Source: Nageia nagi (taxonomy: Eukaryota > Plantae > Pinophyta). From it: a DNA stretch of 64,000 nt. The position numbers and the translations under genes are program-made. The notes beneath the pieces are model-generated. The model was not told the DNA's origin. It ran no database searches and worked only from the letters and a program-made list of their open reading frames with translations. Of this stretch, positions 26,218 to 39,155 are shown piece after piece; position 1 is the first letter of the stretch; each line of letters starts with the position of its first letter. The stretch covers positions 140,182,001 through 140,246,000 of the forward strand of contig JBITNC010000001.1 of the NCBI GenBank assembly GCA_050084985.1. Reading direction: 5' to 3'.

Positions 26218-27525
26218 CCCATATCTAACCGTTTTTGAAATCTTATTTGTCTTCCTATAGAAGTTGGGGGCCCAGGAGGTTGGGCTGGATTTATCTATAT
26301 TGGGGGATTTCCTTGTGGTCAGAGCTATATCTTGAGATCCTAGTATTAACTCTCCCCATTTTTGAGCTTCTATAAGCCTAGTCGAAACCTCCACAAGTCT
26401 ATCATCATTGAATTCTTGCCCATTAGTTTCTAAGATCTCATTCAATGAATCCTCAAAAGCTTCAAGAGTTAAGCAAATAAAAGGGTTAACCTAAACTATC
26501 AAATCTTCCTCCTTTTCCATGCCAACTGCATTATTTTCCTTTGAGGGAATCTGAATTTGAGAGTCCATCGATTCCACCACTTCCTTTGTTTGTTGGGAAG
26601 AACTAGGTTCATCAATCCTTGTTTTTACTTTCCAAACTTTGGTTGGAGCCTTAATCATCTCCTTCCTCTTCGTGTTCCTCCAACAAGTTTCAGAAGAGTG
26701 TCCAATAATATCACAAAAGGAACAAAAAATAGGCGTATTCTCATATTTTGTCTTGAGTCCAATTCCCAAAATCAATTTCTAGTTGAATGAATGGCAAAAG
26801 AATCAAGTCAAGATCAACCATAACACTTACTTAAGCATATGAATCATCATGGTTTGAGATCTCGTAGCATGGTCAATAGCTATTGGTTCCTCAACTCATA
26901 TAGCTATACCATAAAGGATATCCTCATGCTAGAACTGAACCAATAGTTTGGTAAGCAAATCCAAACCAAAGGAGTATTAATCTTTTGGGTCATTGAATTA
27001 AAGTCTAATCCCTATTTTTGAAGAAAGAAACCCCATTTACCATAAAACCATGGTCCATTCGAGAGAATATCATCCTCATTGCTTAACCTTACAAGAAATA
27101 ACCATTTTGAAAGAACTAAAATATCCAAAAAACTTGACAGATTCCATTTTAGTATATAACCCATTTTCTTAAGGAATCAAGGTTTAGATGGGGACCAAAA
27201 CATTTACCTATGAGATCAAAGGCCCCTTCTACCCTAGCAAAAGACAAAAGTTCCTTGGGTATATGGAGCATACCCACTTGAGGTTTTAAATCTAAAATCG
27301 AATAGGAAACAAGCTTCTCATTCATTCCCTTTTGAACAACCTCTAACCATAGCCCAAGGCTACGGTGCATCAATTGCACTGTAATACTTAACGACACCTT
27401 GTCTCCATCTCGATTAGGATCCAAAGGCTTACCTCCTAAGTGGCCTCGATGAGTTCCTTCGATCTGCACCATCTTCTCACTTCCTCCATTCCAACAATTG
27501 CTCACTTCTCCTGCTCTCCATCATT
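26218..27525 (-). mobile_element. Degenerate L1-type LINE ORF1 (DUF4283-like plus CX2CX4HX4C knuckle)
   Basis: LIGKCFGPHLNLDSLRKW (ORF 27149..27505), NGPWF near 27050, and YENTPIFCSFCDIIGHSSETCW (ORF 26491..26775). Confidence 0.85.
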
Positions 27526-27917
27526 TTGAATTCTAAACCTTGATATTATCTAATATATTTCTGAAGTACTAAACTACACAAACATTTATATATTTCTCAA
27601 TTGCTAAAACTACACATAATAATATCTATGTATGTTAGATCAAATGGATTAATAATAGGAACACTCCATGGAAGGTCTAGGTACAAATCTCCCCTTCCTT
27701 ACATGATAGAACATGTAAAAGGAATTAATAACCTTCTTCAAAATTTAAAAAAAAAAATTTATTAGCTCTCAAAAAAATCGCACAATCATAATCAAAATAG
27801 AAATTCTTAAAATTCTTGACTGTTATGAAAACATTATATTCATTGCAAGTATTAAAGATAATTAACAAGTTGAATTTTTAAGAATCAAACCTTTTAATAA
27901 AGGTGCATGTTTCATAA

Positions 27918-28433
27918 AATTAAGATTTGAGCACACTTATTGTAAAACTAAATTTTTCATATTCTATAATGTTATGAAGAATGACAAGATAATCAAGTAT
28001 ATTTCTTTTTTGCTCCCTCAAAGCATAATCAACCATTATAAATGTTGACTTGCAACTCGAGGAGGAAATGGTATACTTTATGAATATTTAAATTTTAATT
28101 TTAAAACTATATAATATTTATAAAATGATTGGATATATATAATTTTTCAAATGAATTTTTTTCATTGTTCATTTCAAAATTTCATAGTTTTGTGAATTAA
28201 GATTTGAGCAAACTTTTTGTAAAACTGAATTTTCCATATTCTATGATGAATGACAACATAATCAAATATCCCTCAAAGCATAATTTAACATTATAAATGC
28301 TAACTTGCAACTCAACAAGGAAATGGTATACTTTATGTTTATTTAAATTTTAATTTTAAAGTTATATAATATTTAGAAAATCATTGTCTTTCCATTACAT
28401 ATATATGGTTTTTCAAATTTCGTAGTTTTGTGA
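27918..28433 (+). repeat. Old direct duplication, period ~277 bp
   Basis: AATTAAGATTTGAGCA..CCCTCAAAGCATAAT..GGAAATGGTATACTTTATG..TAGTTTTGTGA starts at 27918 and again at 28195. Confidence 0.8.
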
Positions 28434-31400
28434 GTTTTCTATCTGTTTTCATCGTGCCTCTTTGTCTGAATCACGATTAACACTATGAAGGAACGTGTTA
28501 CATACATTATGAAGCAAGTGGTGTCAAAGTATGTTCCCAAACCACCACCATTTTTATACAGTCTCAGTTTTTTTTTATGGTTTATAAGGGTAACTAGGCT
28601 CATGTTACAGTATCGAAGGGGGCACTCTATTTTAGCTGTAAAACTTTATATTGCAGATTTTTGTGTTTAAGTTTTCTCGCCCAGTTGTATTCCCCTTTCT
28701 AATTTAAAAATAATGTCAATCTTCCATTTAGCAGCACAAAGAAAGCAGAAGTAGGTGTTGAGATGGCAATTTTAGACTATTCACTTCAATATTTGCAAAA
28801 ACCAATCTTTCTTAGTACTTCAATCAAGAATGCCCAATTAACTTTATCATATGCCTCTACCTGCAACACAAAGTTTCACAATGAACCTACCAAAATAAAG
28901 TTGGCAAATGGGGAACAATATTTTAGGTTAAACTCATGCAAGAGAAGATAGAAAAATTCTTCCGAATCCATGGTTCCATGAAAAGGTTGACGATATGAAA
29001 ACTTATATAATCATGCTAATATGTAATCTTAAAGTACATTATAAGATAAACATAGCACTGAATACCTTCTTCTAGAAGAAATTATGAGATATTCAGCAGC
29101 TAGGAATCATGGAGCAGCAAAACGTCAAACAAACCTTGGAATAGAGCTGGGGCCAAAAATGGTTGAATAATCAAGAAGTACAAATATAAATGAAGAGCTT
29201 CAACAATAGAAAATAACCCTAAACCCCAACCAATATCCAGTAACTCAAGAATAATGGAACAGATTAATGAATATTTTGAATAAGAACCCAGACCCATTAA
29301 GCCAGAATCTAGACCTATAGGTTTGGATGGCCAACTCAAATTTAGAAGCTCGGTCTGAGGTGGTTGCAACTCCCATTTCCAAGGAAAATTTGTTTTTTTG
29401 GTTGGTAGTATAGAACAAAACTTAACCAAGAGAACAGGAGAAATCCAAGGATCTTCCTTATGTATCGTATGCAACAACAAAAAATGCATAAACAACAAAC
29501 CATGTCTCTTAATGCAACGTAAGTATGATCAGGCCCTATAGCAAACATACATGCAATTACCTAAATTAGAAATGGTGCTTTTTAGGAAATCTGCAAACAT
29601 GCTCTATAGATAAGAGCCCAAAGGATGAAAACAGACATGCATTCAGAAATAGCATGGTCAAAGAGGGCCAGAAGAAACTTTAATGGTAAATATCTGATAC
29701 TAGAAAATGAACAGAGAGTTTGACAAGGAAAAATACAACTCAAAGATGGAGTAGTCCCACAATACAGAAAAAAACCAAAACATAAAAAAGCTCGAAGTCT
29801 AAGAAATTTGAAAGTCACCCCCTAAACTTTTATAAATTAAACTTCAATGGGCCTTGACAAAGAACCCAAGCAGAGAAAGAACAGGTGCAATTATAAGAAA
29901 ACAAGACTACTATAATTTAGAAGCATGTTGAGTACCTAAATAGTGCATCCAATAATGAAGCAGAAATGAAAGCTATGCATACTAACATCATTAAAGCAAT
30001 TGCCTACGCATCAAAAAACATCAAAATAAAAGAAGGCACAAAATCATCAAGGGAGCCAAAAGTAAGCACTATTCAATTATCAACTTAAAGTGAACATTAA
30101 ACCAATGATTTAGGCATTCAATAAGATTTATTTTATTCATGTGCTCCAAACAACAACACAGTGGATGCCATACTTAATGTAGTGGCTGAAACAGAGACAG
30201 TAAAGCACCCCTCCATCATCTTGGAAGGGGAAGAATTAAATATACATGATAACATAAATGATAAAACCGATAGTAAAATCAGAGATACTGTAGGCAAAAA
30301 AATCAACAAAATATCTAGGAGCCTCCGATAAAAGGAAACCTCATACGAATGAACTAAAATATAAAGCAAGATAAAGTTTTGCCATCCTCAGAAGCAAATG
30401 CCCATTTCTCCAAAGACTAAGAATAAGATAATGATAGTGGATACTATATAACCAAATAATCATTGGAAGTATTCATGGCCTGAAAATGCCCCAAACTCGA
30501 AATGATAGAAGACACCAAATTTTGCACAATGAGAAAACAAAGGAGACCCAAGTTAGCGAAGGAAGAATATCTGGACATCACACAACAGCCTCTAGGAATG
30601 TCTTTTTAGCTGTTAATTTGTATTAGGCTTTGATGCATATGTTAAGGACAAGCCTGCTTACTGCTTTTCTGTTATATAGCTTTTATTCTGCTAGTATATT
30701 TGTTTTGAATGACAGAATCCACGTTGGTTTGTACAACTGGCAAAGAAGTGCTTCTGTCATGTAGTTTTTTTAATAATATAACTATTTTTACCTTTCCTTG
30801 AAAGAAAAAGAAGTAATCAGAAAAATACTTTTGTTTTTAGTTTTCTGTACCCTAACCATTTTCCTCTAGCAGCCAAGTTGCATGCAGGATAAAAGGCCAT
30901 ATATCCATCTATCTATCTATATAGAAATAACATAAGACTCCCATAGTGAACCATCATACAACGAGTCTACATAAGTTCACTTGAAATACATATTCAACAC
31001 AGAAATGTTACGCAATGCCAGCAAAACCTAGTACTCAGAAAATATACATCTATCAACTATGTATCCTTCTACGTTTCCAAACGACATTTCAAACCAAGCA
31101 GTGAAGTAATTCAATATGTCTACTACGGCTAACTCAAAAAAAAAAGGAGTGCACATATCTTTTGAATTGTTATTTTCTCTTTGCTGGTATTCAAAATCAC
31201 AATCGCAGTGAAATGACAACCCTTGAAATAGGTTCTAAACTTCTAAGACTTACAGTTTATGTCTTCCATAGCTTGGCAGAAGTAATATCTATATCGGGAC
31301 TCATCTCAAAAGCTATTTGCTCTCCCCTTACTTTATAATCCCTTGCTTCCTTTGTTAACCTCTAATTTCCTAGACCATAAAATCTTTCAAGACGGTGTGA

Positions 31401-32617
31401 GGCAAAGAGCAACATAAGATACAAGTAGACCCCTCTACGCTGGATTCAGCTAATAGAACCTTGAGAATATACAGAGAAGATTTCAAACTCTAGGAAAGAT
31501 TTCTCAAAAGTTTGAACACAAAGACTATCTGTGTTTCATCATAGCCTATATACATTAATCTTGGCAACATTTTCAATTGCATTCCATTGGCCACAGGAAA
31601 ATCTCAAGTTCAATCTTTCTCACCATAATGAGAAAAGTGGCATTCATATCATATCAGAAAACTCTGCTAATTGCTATAAATAAGTATATGTTAACGAAAT
31701 AACTCCTGAATTTCATTTTCTAGCCTAGAAACACAGGTAGGGTATGTTATAATATCTCAAACATGGTATGTATTGTATTGTCGTCCAGAACAGTGTTGAT
31801 AGAGTTTCACATTCAAATAGCTCCTGGTCTCTGTTTCCAAGACTCATCAGTGTCCACAGTTCTGAACATCCATTTGGTGGCTTTTTATCTTTTTCTTTAC
31901 TGCTAAATACTCTTTGCCCTTCATTATGTCCCTCCGCAGAAAAATTTCAAGTACATGGTTTGAATCTGCTACATTTTGACGCTATAATCACCTTATCAAG
32001 GGAACCCACCATTGTGACTTATTATAAAATATTGAATAAACTCACCTTGTGAGGGACAAACCATCCCAAGGTATATATTGATATACAATCACATACTTAC
32101 CCAAAGGTGTTATAGTGTACAGTAAGTGGGTAAAAGTGTATAGTCTACAGTAAGTGTATCTTGAATATAACACGAAATTCATGGTATAACAACTCAAGCA
32201 CTTTATGGACCCTCAATCAGTTGATAAAGCATCGAGGTATACAGTAATATTGTGGTGGACATGCACAATTGAATAACGTAATCAGTTTTTGAAATTAGAT
32301 AACTCATGCATTATAAGGATAAACATTTGATCTCTCAATACACTTATTTTGGGTCTTATTTTTAGCCAAATGAAGATATTTCTGTAAAAGTAATATTTCA
32401 TCCCTTATTAGTTACATGTGACAACATACAATATAGAAAGTTAACTTATATATGATTAATAGTGTCAAAGGTTCCATCTTATAATGTTAAATTATTTGAT
32501 CAAATAGTATGAGATTGTAAAAAACTAGTTCATCAGATCCATTTTAGATGATATAACCATACCAGGAGAAAATAGAGTTTGTTGGAGATGACTGACTTGA
32601 CAGTTCTAAATTGAGAG

Positions 32618-32764
32618 CATAGTAGTTAAACTCGGGCTAGGCATAAAGCTCGTAAATAATATATATATATAATCTTTTTCAATTAACTCGGTAAAACTTA
32701 CAACTCACGAATTGTATGTGAGTATCATGAGTACTCACCAAACTTGAAGAGTTTGAATACTACG
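32618..32764. mobile_element. 147-bp hAT-type MITE
   Basis: TIRs CATAGTAGTTAAACTC / GAGTTTGAATACTACG (13/16 complementary). 8-bp TSD ATTGAGAG (32610-32617) / GTTGAGAG (32765-32772). Confidence 0.75.
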
Positions 32765-32836
32765 GTTGAGAGGTTGACCAAGCTGCTGTTGGGCCATCAT
32801 ATAACAAGTATAGCGAGATTAGAAAGCATTATACAT

Positions 32837-33156
32837 TTGGAAAATCCACATAAAAGAATATTTGGAAATGCGTTATCTAAGCAAAATCATGATTTTTTGA
32901 TACAACAAGTACAGACTTGAACAAGTCTTAAAAGATGGATTAGTTGAACGATGATATTCCTACCAAAATGCTTGAAGCTTAGCCCACTATTTAGAATTGG
33001 AAAATCCACATAAAAGAATATTTGGAAATGCGTTATCTAAGCAAAATCATGATTTGTTGATACAACAAGTACAGACTTGAACAAGTCTTAAAAGATGGAT
33101 TAGTTGAACGATGATATTCCTGCCAAAATGCTTGAAGCTTAGCCCATTATTTAGAA
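32837..33156 (+). repeat. Near-perfect 160-bp tandem duplication
   Basis: Copies start at 32837 and 32997; three substitutions seen. Confidence 0.95.
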
Positions 33157-36100
33157 TTTTAGAAACACTATTCAACTAGTATTGAGACTATCTGATAAAA
33201 TGCAGTGTCAAACTCTAACAGTGCAACAATGTTTGCAGCTGTCTGAGCAATCAAGGTTTTGGCAAGCTGACATAAACGTGCATTTAAGTTTACTCTAAGC
33301 TTCTTCCTCTACCAACAAGGGTTATAAACTGATATTGTTGGGAATAATGACACCTTATGCAATATCATTTCATTTATTTTTTGCATTACGTTTGTGGTCT
33401 CTCAGTCAATCTTAAGGAAGTCTTGAAGAGTAATATAATTTGTATATGGCATTGGTCTAGGCTTGCCTAGCAGACCTGCTTTGAGTAAACTACATTATGG
33501 TTTTTTTACATAGTAGGGGCCTTGAGGCTTGGATAAATAGCCTATAACACTTTGAAATACAGTTTCTCATGCTATTATGCTTGACTAACTTTGGAAAATC
33601 TAGATAGTTTGAGATTTTAAAGGATATAAACACACATCCTAATTCCCATTTTATAACACTCAATGATTATTTCCTTCATTCACCAAGAGATCAGTCACCT
33701 ATTTGGAAATTTATTCATCATTGGAATATCTTCTTACTTTACTGATATTGGAATTTTCTTTTTGAATTTTCTATGGTTAATAGATATTATGATTCATATC
33801 AATGCTTTTGCATTGGTTATTGCATTATTTGCATTGCATCAATACTAAGTGTGTAGAAAAATCATGATAACTGATTTGGGGGAAAATGTAGTATATTGAC
33901 ACAGGGATAAACAAGATACTAACCTTCAATACTTCCATCAGTATGTAGTGATTGCTATCAAGTATGATAAGATTTCAAGTCCATGAGTATATATTTGTGC
34001 ATCAGGGACCATATTGATAAAAGTGCTTTTTATAAGAAGCTTACTTATTCTTAGAGGTCTGCTTACATTTTGCATGTATGTCAACATTTGAAGGGAAGTA
34101 CGTAGCCCTCCATCAGAAATTGCTGTTGAAGCATAGATACATAAATGACAATCAGCATCCAGAAAGCACATAAAAGAAAATATACAAACTGAGACCAATC
34201 ATTTCCTCCATCTTAGAGAATGCATGGTATGACTATACTGTAGATTTATGTAGGTTTAAACTGCACATGGCACTTTCAGTCAAGAATTTAACAGCTGACC
34301 TGCCAACCAAATACCTAGATTTCAGTTGCAAACATTTTAAGATAGAAGAATACTCACCGAGGCTCCTTTCATCTGTTGTTGATCCGGTCCGGGTATTGTG
34401 GCATTGTTTCTCATCTACAGCAGTGCGTGCAGCTGCTGTTATGCTTCTCTATTCTCAAGTGTGGGTACCAGTACTCATGCTCCAATGCAGACACCAGCTC
34501 CCATCTTGCCCATCGATGATGCATCTATCTCCAATATAACATTATGCATCTTTTGTTTCTAAAAGTGACCATCTGAACCTCCAAGGATGGCCATTGCAGT
34601 CTTCAAGAATTCTTTCTGCCACTCCGGAAACAGATCACAATTCTTGTATCTTGCCTATTAGGTAGACTACATATGACAGAAACAGCAGAAAATTAAGCCA
34701 GATAGAAATATGTCTCATTGCCTCTCAGATGTCAAGAAAACTGTCATGTCATGTAGTTGTTCCCAATTCTTGGGTATGCAAAACAGGAGGCATTCCATAG
34801 AAGTTGACAAAACAAAAATAGTGATATGAAAATCTAAACCTGCAATTTCCTATTGTCTACAAAACATGAAGGAGCTTTAGAGTTGCATGAAATGTTGAAT
34901 GGCAGAAAAGGAAAACAAAGTACAGGTTGCGAGACCAACAACTAACTGGCACAAGCATGTATATTGCTTATACAAGTTCTTTGACATAATTTTTTAATAA
35001 TTAAAAGCAAATTAAAGGATCAACCAAGGAAGCAAAGAAATGGATAGAAGTAGAAAATATCAACTATAACATATACAAAATTAAAAATGCAAAGAAATTA
35101 TTTTTATGAGAAAGCGTTTCACTGCCTATATGACTTCACCAATAAAAGAAGTGTTTGCCCAGAAGGTCAACTGCCATAACAAAGAAAAGATGAAGCAGAA
35201 CTAACTAAAATCCAATTCAACTAGGATAGCCACTCAAACTCAATGCATCGCATATAACCATAATTAAGTTTCTTAACCATAAGCATGACCAATGATATAT
35301 CAGCATATGCACTAACGAGTAAGCCACATATTAATATAGTTTACCAACTAAATTTCCCTTCAAGCCTAGCACACAACTTATGTTGCTTTCTATCTGTTAC
35401 CATTTATAACCGTGTTCATTGGTAGCCCATTTACAAGACACAGTGCAAGAATTGAATTTAATCCTTGGTCAATACTCCAAATTTTTGTAACCAATTTGCT
35501 CGCCCTTAAACAAAGACAATTATTTTTATTTCGCAAGTCAATATTCTTTCAAGAGCCAACTGTACTACACAATATGCATTTTACAATAAAACTCCATTTT
35601 CAAGAGTTACCAATCTATTATCATGACAAGAGATTGGCTTGTTGTACCCTAGTACTAGCCTGTTAATTATCTGACTTTAAAATGAGCCATGATATTTTAC
35701 CTGAGAAATGAACCATGCTCTATGCGAAGGATTGGCATTTGCTTCCTATAACTTCTGAAGATGCAAATCAAATTATATCATCTGTGATTACATGAAAGGT
35801 GAGTCGAAATAGCACTTAAATGATATCTATTTTTGTTTGAAACTGCCATTTTCAAACATATAATACATAACTTGCATATAATGTAGATGTAGAAGAAACT
35901 GCCAGACATTGAAGTCCGGAGAAACAAAGAATGAATGACAGTTTGGGAACAGGCCTAAACATTGCACCTTTGTTAGTATAGCAAGTTCCAGCTGTACATC
36001 CTATCAGTCTAAATCAAAGTAAATTATCAAAAACATTGAATATTTATTGCAGCATGCCTCATTCATATTCCAATGGAAGCTGCTACACTTGGCACGTGTA

Positions 36101-36356
36101 TTTTTCTGGTATTGAAATTTGTATTCCAAATTTGAAGTCTCTGAAAATCAACATAAGCCATCTGCCACAATCTCCATCGCAGATCTTGACTTTTTCTTTC
36201 CATAAATGGTAAAAAGTGGAATCGCGTATTCTTGCCCAACAAAGCAAACTCTCAAATGGAACTTTTTTTTTATTGTGAACAACAAATGCAGTATCACAAT
36301 CTCGTCCATGCTACCTTTGTTTTCTTACAATCCCACAATACATATGAGAGTCTTAA

Positions 36357-36582
36357 ATGCCCTATAAAGATTATATTTTACAAATTTAACGACAGTTTAT
36401 TTATGAGAAGCTTCAGATAGATTTATCTCCATGCCCTATAAAGATTATATTTTATATCTTAAATGAAAGAAAATTTAAGAGAAGCTTCAGACAGAGTTAT
36501 CTCCATGCCCCATAAAGATTTCATTTTATATCTTTCACATTAGTTTATTTATGGGAAGCTTTTGGCAGAGACATCTCCATGC
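36357..36582 (+). repeat. 74-bp tandem repeat, 3 copies
   Basis: ATGCCCTATAAAGATT..GAAGCTT..ATCTCC at 36357, 36431 and 36505; next ATGC at 36579. Confidence 0.9.
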
Positions 36583-37463
36583 AGTGTGCTTGTATCATTG
36601 TTTCAATTTTCGACATCGGAATCTGGCAACCATTTATCCCTTGAGCCTTGTTATCCCTCTCCATATATAAGCCAGTCTGATGGAAGGTTTGGCAAACATG
36701 ATTCACAAATCTTCCTGAGGATATAAGCTTCTAAGAGAACTTATTTTGTTATATTTATTCATGGTAAGTGCAGATAAATTGGCCTGTATGTAGCTTTAGT
36801 TGACGGAATCTGGAAAGGCCTATATATCTTGAAAGAAAAGCTCTTTTTGACTAACCCAAGTTTTCCAACTCCCTGATTTATACGACAAGATTGGGTGGCA
36901 ATGCCATTCCTAATTTATCCAATGATTTGTCCTTCAAGACAATTTTGCGATGAAGAAGAGCTTTAGTCATCCACAGCGTACAAGATGATATGTGAAGTTA
37001 ATTTTTTGGCGAGTGTCCTCATTCCATTTAAGGAAATAACCAACCACCCGGCTTGCCCTTCAAATCCTTCGAAGAAAGAATTCAAGTTGGCAACTACCAC
37101 ATTTCAATCTTCTAATATTATCTGTGTAAATTCTTGGCATACTAAATTGTTTTTTGAGACTTTCCGAGGTTAGCATCTTTCTAATGCACCTCAAAACCCA
37201 CTAAAGGGAGGCCTGGGTCAGAAGGTGGCAAATTTCAACCTTACAGTTCTTAAAAATCGAAAAAAATGCTTACATGCAGTTTCGCACATCTTCTTAGTCC
37301 ATCACTTCAGTCCATGAAAATTTTCTTAATTGAACTGGTTTGTCAATCTGCTTTTCAGGAAGACGAAACTAGCATGCTACCAAAAGCTGCCCTGATGGCA
37401 CTCGAAAGTTTCCCAGCATGCAAGCAGCTTTTGCTGCACAAACAGCTAAACTTCACTTCACTT

Positions 37464-38660
37464 CTATTTTCTGAAAAATGCAAGCCCATTCAACAATTGA
37501 GATGTGGATTCATGCCATTATTTCCCCTGTTTTATTTGTTTCCCGCTAAGCCTCTTTCAGTTATTGGTATCTGTTTTAGCAACTCGTGATGTAAACAGCA
37601 TTTCAGTTAAGTGAAATCAAATTATGGCACAATCCAATCTGTTTATTAATAATAACCTCATCCTCTCTTGCTGCAATGCATGCAATTCCTAAATTCAAGA
37701 AATGATGGTGCACAATCTTCTGCTTACACATTGTTTCCTCACCATGCAATTCCCGTAAATTTGTTTCTGGGCTTCTGCTTCTCTGTCCAGTATTTTAGTT
37801 CCATTATTTTCGGAAGACTGAAATGAACATCAAAGTAGACTTGGCATTCTCGCAAGTATCCTGACTGATTTCTGCCTTTTTCTGAGAAACAACTATACCT
37901 ATTTTCTGAAAAATGCAAGCTCCATTCAACAATTGAGATGTGGATTCATGCCATTATTTCCCCTGTTTTATTTGTTTCCCGCTAAGCCTCTTTAGTTATT
38001 GGTATCTGTTTTAGCAACACGTGATGTAAACAGCATTTCAGTTAAGTGAAATCAAATTATGGCACAATCCAATCTGTTTATTAATAATAACCTCATCCTC
38101 TCTTGCTGCAATGCATGCAATTCCTAAATTCAAGAAATGACGGTGCACATCTTCTGCTTACACATTGTTTCCTCAACTCAATTCCCGTAAATTTGTTTCT
38201 GGGCTTCTGCTTCTCTGTCCAGTATTTTAGTTCCATTATTTTCGGAAAGCTCTTGAATTGAACAAGAAGTAGACTTGCGCATTTTCTCTGCAAGTATCTG
38301 AACTGTTATTTTCTGCTTTCTTCTGAGAAAACACTTCTATTTCAGAATTCAAGGTTTCAAATGGGATTATGCCAGTATTCCCTCATATCTATTGTTTCCG
38401 CTGCTTCTCTTAGTTATTTTCGTTTTACAAACCTGATAACACAGCAATCAGTAGTGATCATCATGAACATGATTAAAACCCTTTTTGCTCCAATGCCATT
38501 CCAAATCGAAGCCCACTTTTAACATCCCAACCTTCGATGAAATTTTTTATCACTTCTCTTCATATTGTAGTTTTACATCAAGTTGAATGCAACAAATAAT
38601 TCCATGTCTCGCAAGTATCAGAGCTTTTTTCCTTTTATTTGAAAAACCCTAAAAAGGTAT
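37464..38660 (-). repeat. Three tandem copies of a ~435-bp unit holding the PPR C-terminal codons and proximal 3' UTR
   Basis: Copies start (plus strand) at 37464, 37899 and 38337. The third is shrunk to ~300 bp by many small deletions. Confidence 0.85.
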
Positions 38661-39155
38661 ATAGGAATAGGCGTATGCCTTCATAACATCTCAAAGTACC
38701 GCATGCTTCATCAATTTTCCTTTTGCAAAACCATGAATAATAAGAATAAGTAGACACATCAGGATAAAGCCCTTTTTCTCATTGCCCCAAAGCCTTCACA
38801 TGCTCATCCACCTATTCATTTACAATGCATGAACAAAATGTTTAATCAGTAGCACTCATACCATGGGAACAGAGCCACTTTAAATTCAATCAGATAACTT
38901 AATATTCGGTTAATGCCTCCTCACTATACTGTCTCTCAACTTTTACAATTTGAAACCCCGAAAAGTATTATAAGTACAACATATCAGGATCAGTCCTTTT
39001 CTTGCATTTCCCAAAGCCTCAAAGCCTCATCCACCTCTCATTTCACCATGGACCCTAAACAAAAATGTTGTAAGTCATTGGACAGTACTTTAGAGAGAAT
39101 TATTTACATTCCACTATAACTTGGTTCTCAGCTCAGAGGATATCTAAATTTGGCT
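38230..39155 (-). pseudogene. Frameshifted 3' half of the same PPR gene (true pseudogene or sequencing error)
   Basis: Fragments across frames: VDEALRLWE, KGFYPDVSTYS, IIHGF, KIDEAC..FEM..EGIR, and VQILAEKMRKSTSCSIQELS (~38245-38305), matching the At1g52640-type C-terminus. Confidence 0.75.

Noticed and set aside
29100-30369. Several 60-130 aa minus-strand ORFs rich in L/F/S
   Set aside because: A compositional by-product of T-rich intron-like or old repeat DNA; no motifs.
30580-30812. Possible LINE 3' tail with decayed poly(A)
   Set aside because: No TSD or coding remnant could be supported.
36357-36582. 74-bp periodic repeat with a variable centre, superficially CRISPR-like
   Set aside because: The variable parts are homologous to each other, there are only 3 units, no cas genes, and the context is eukaryotic.
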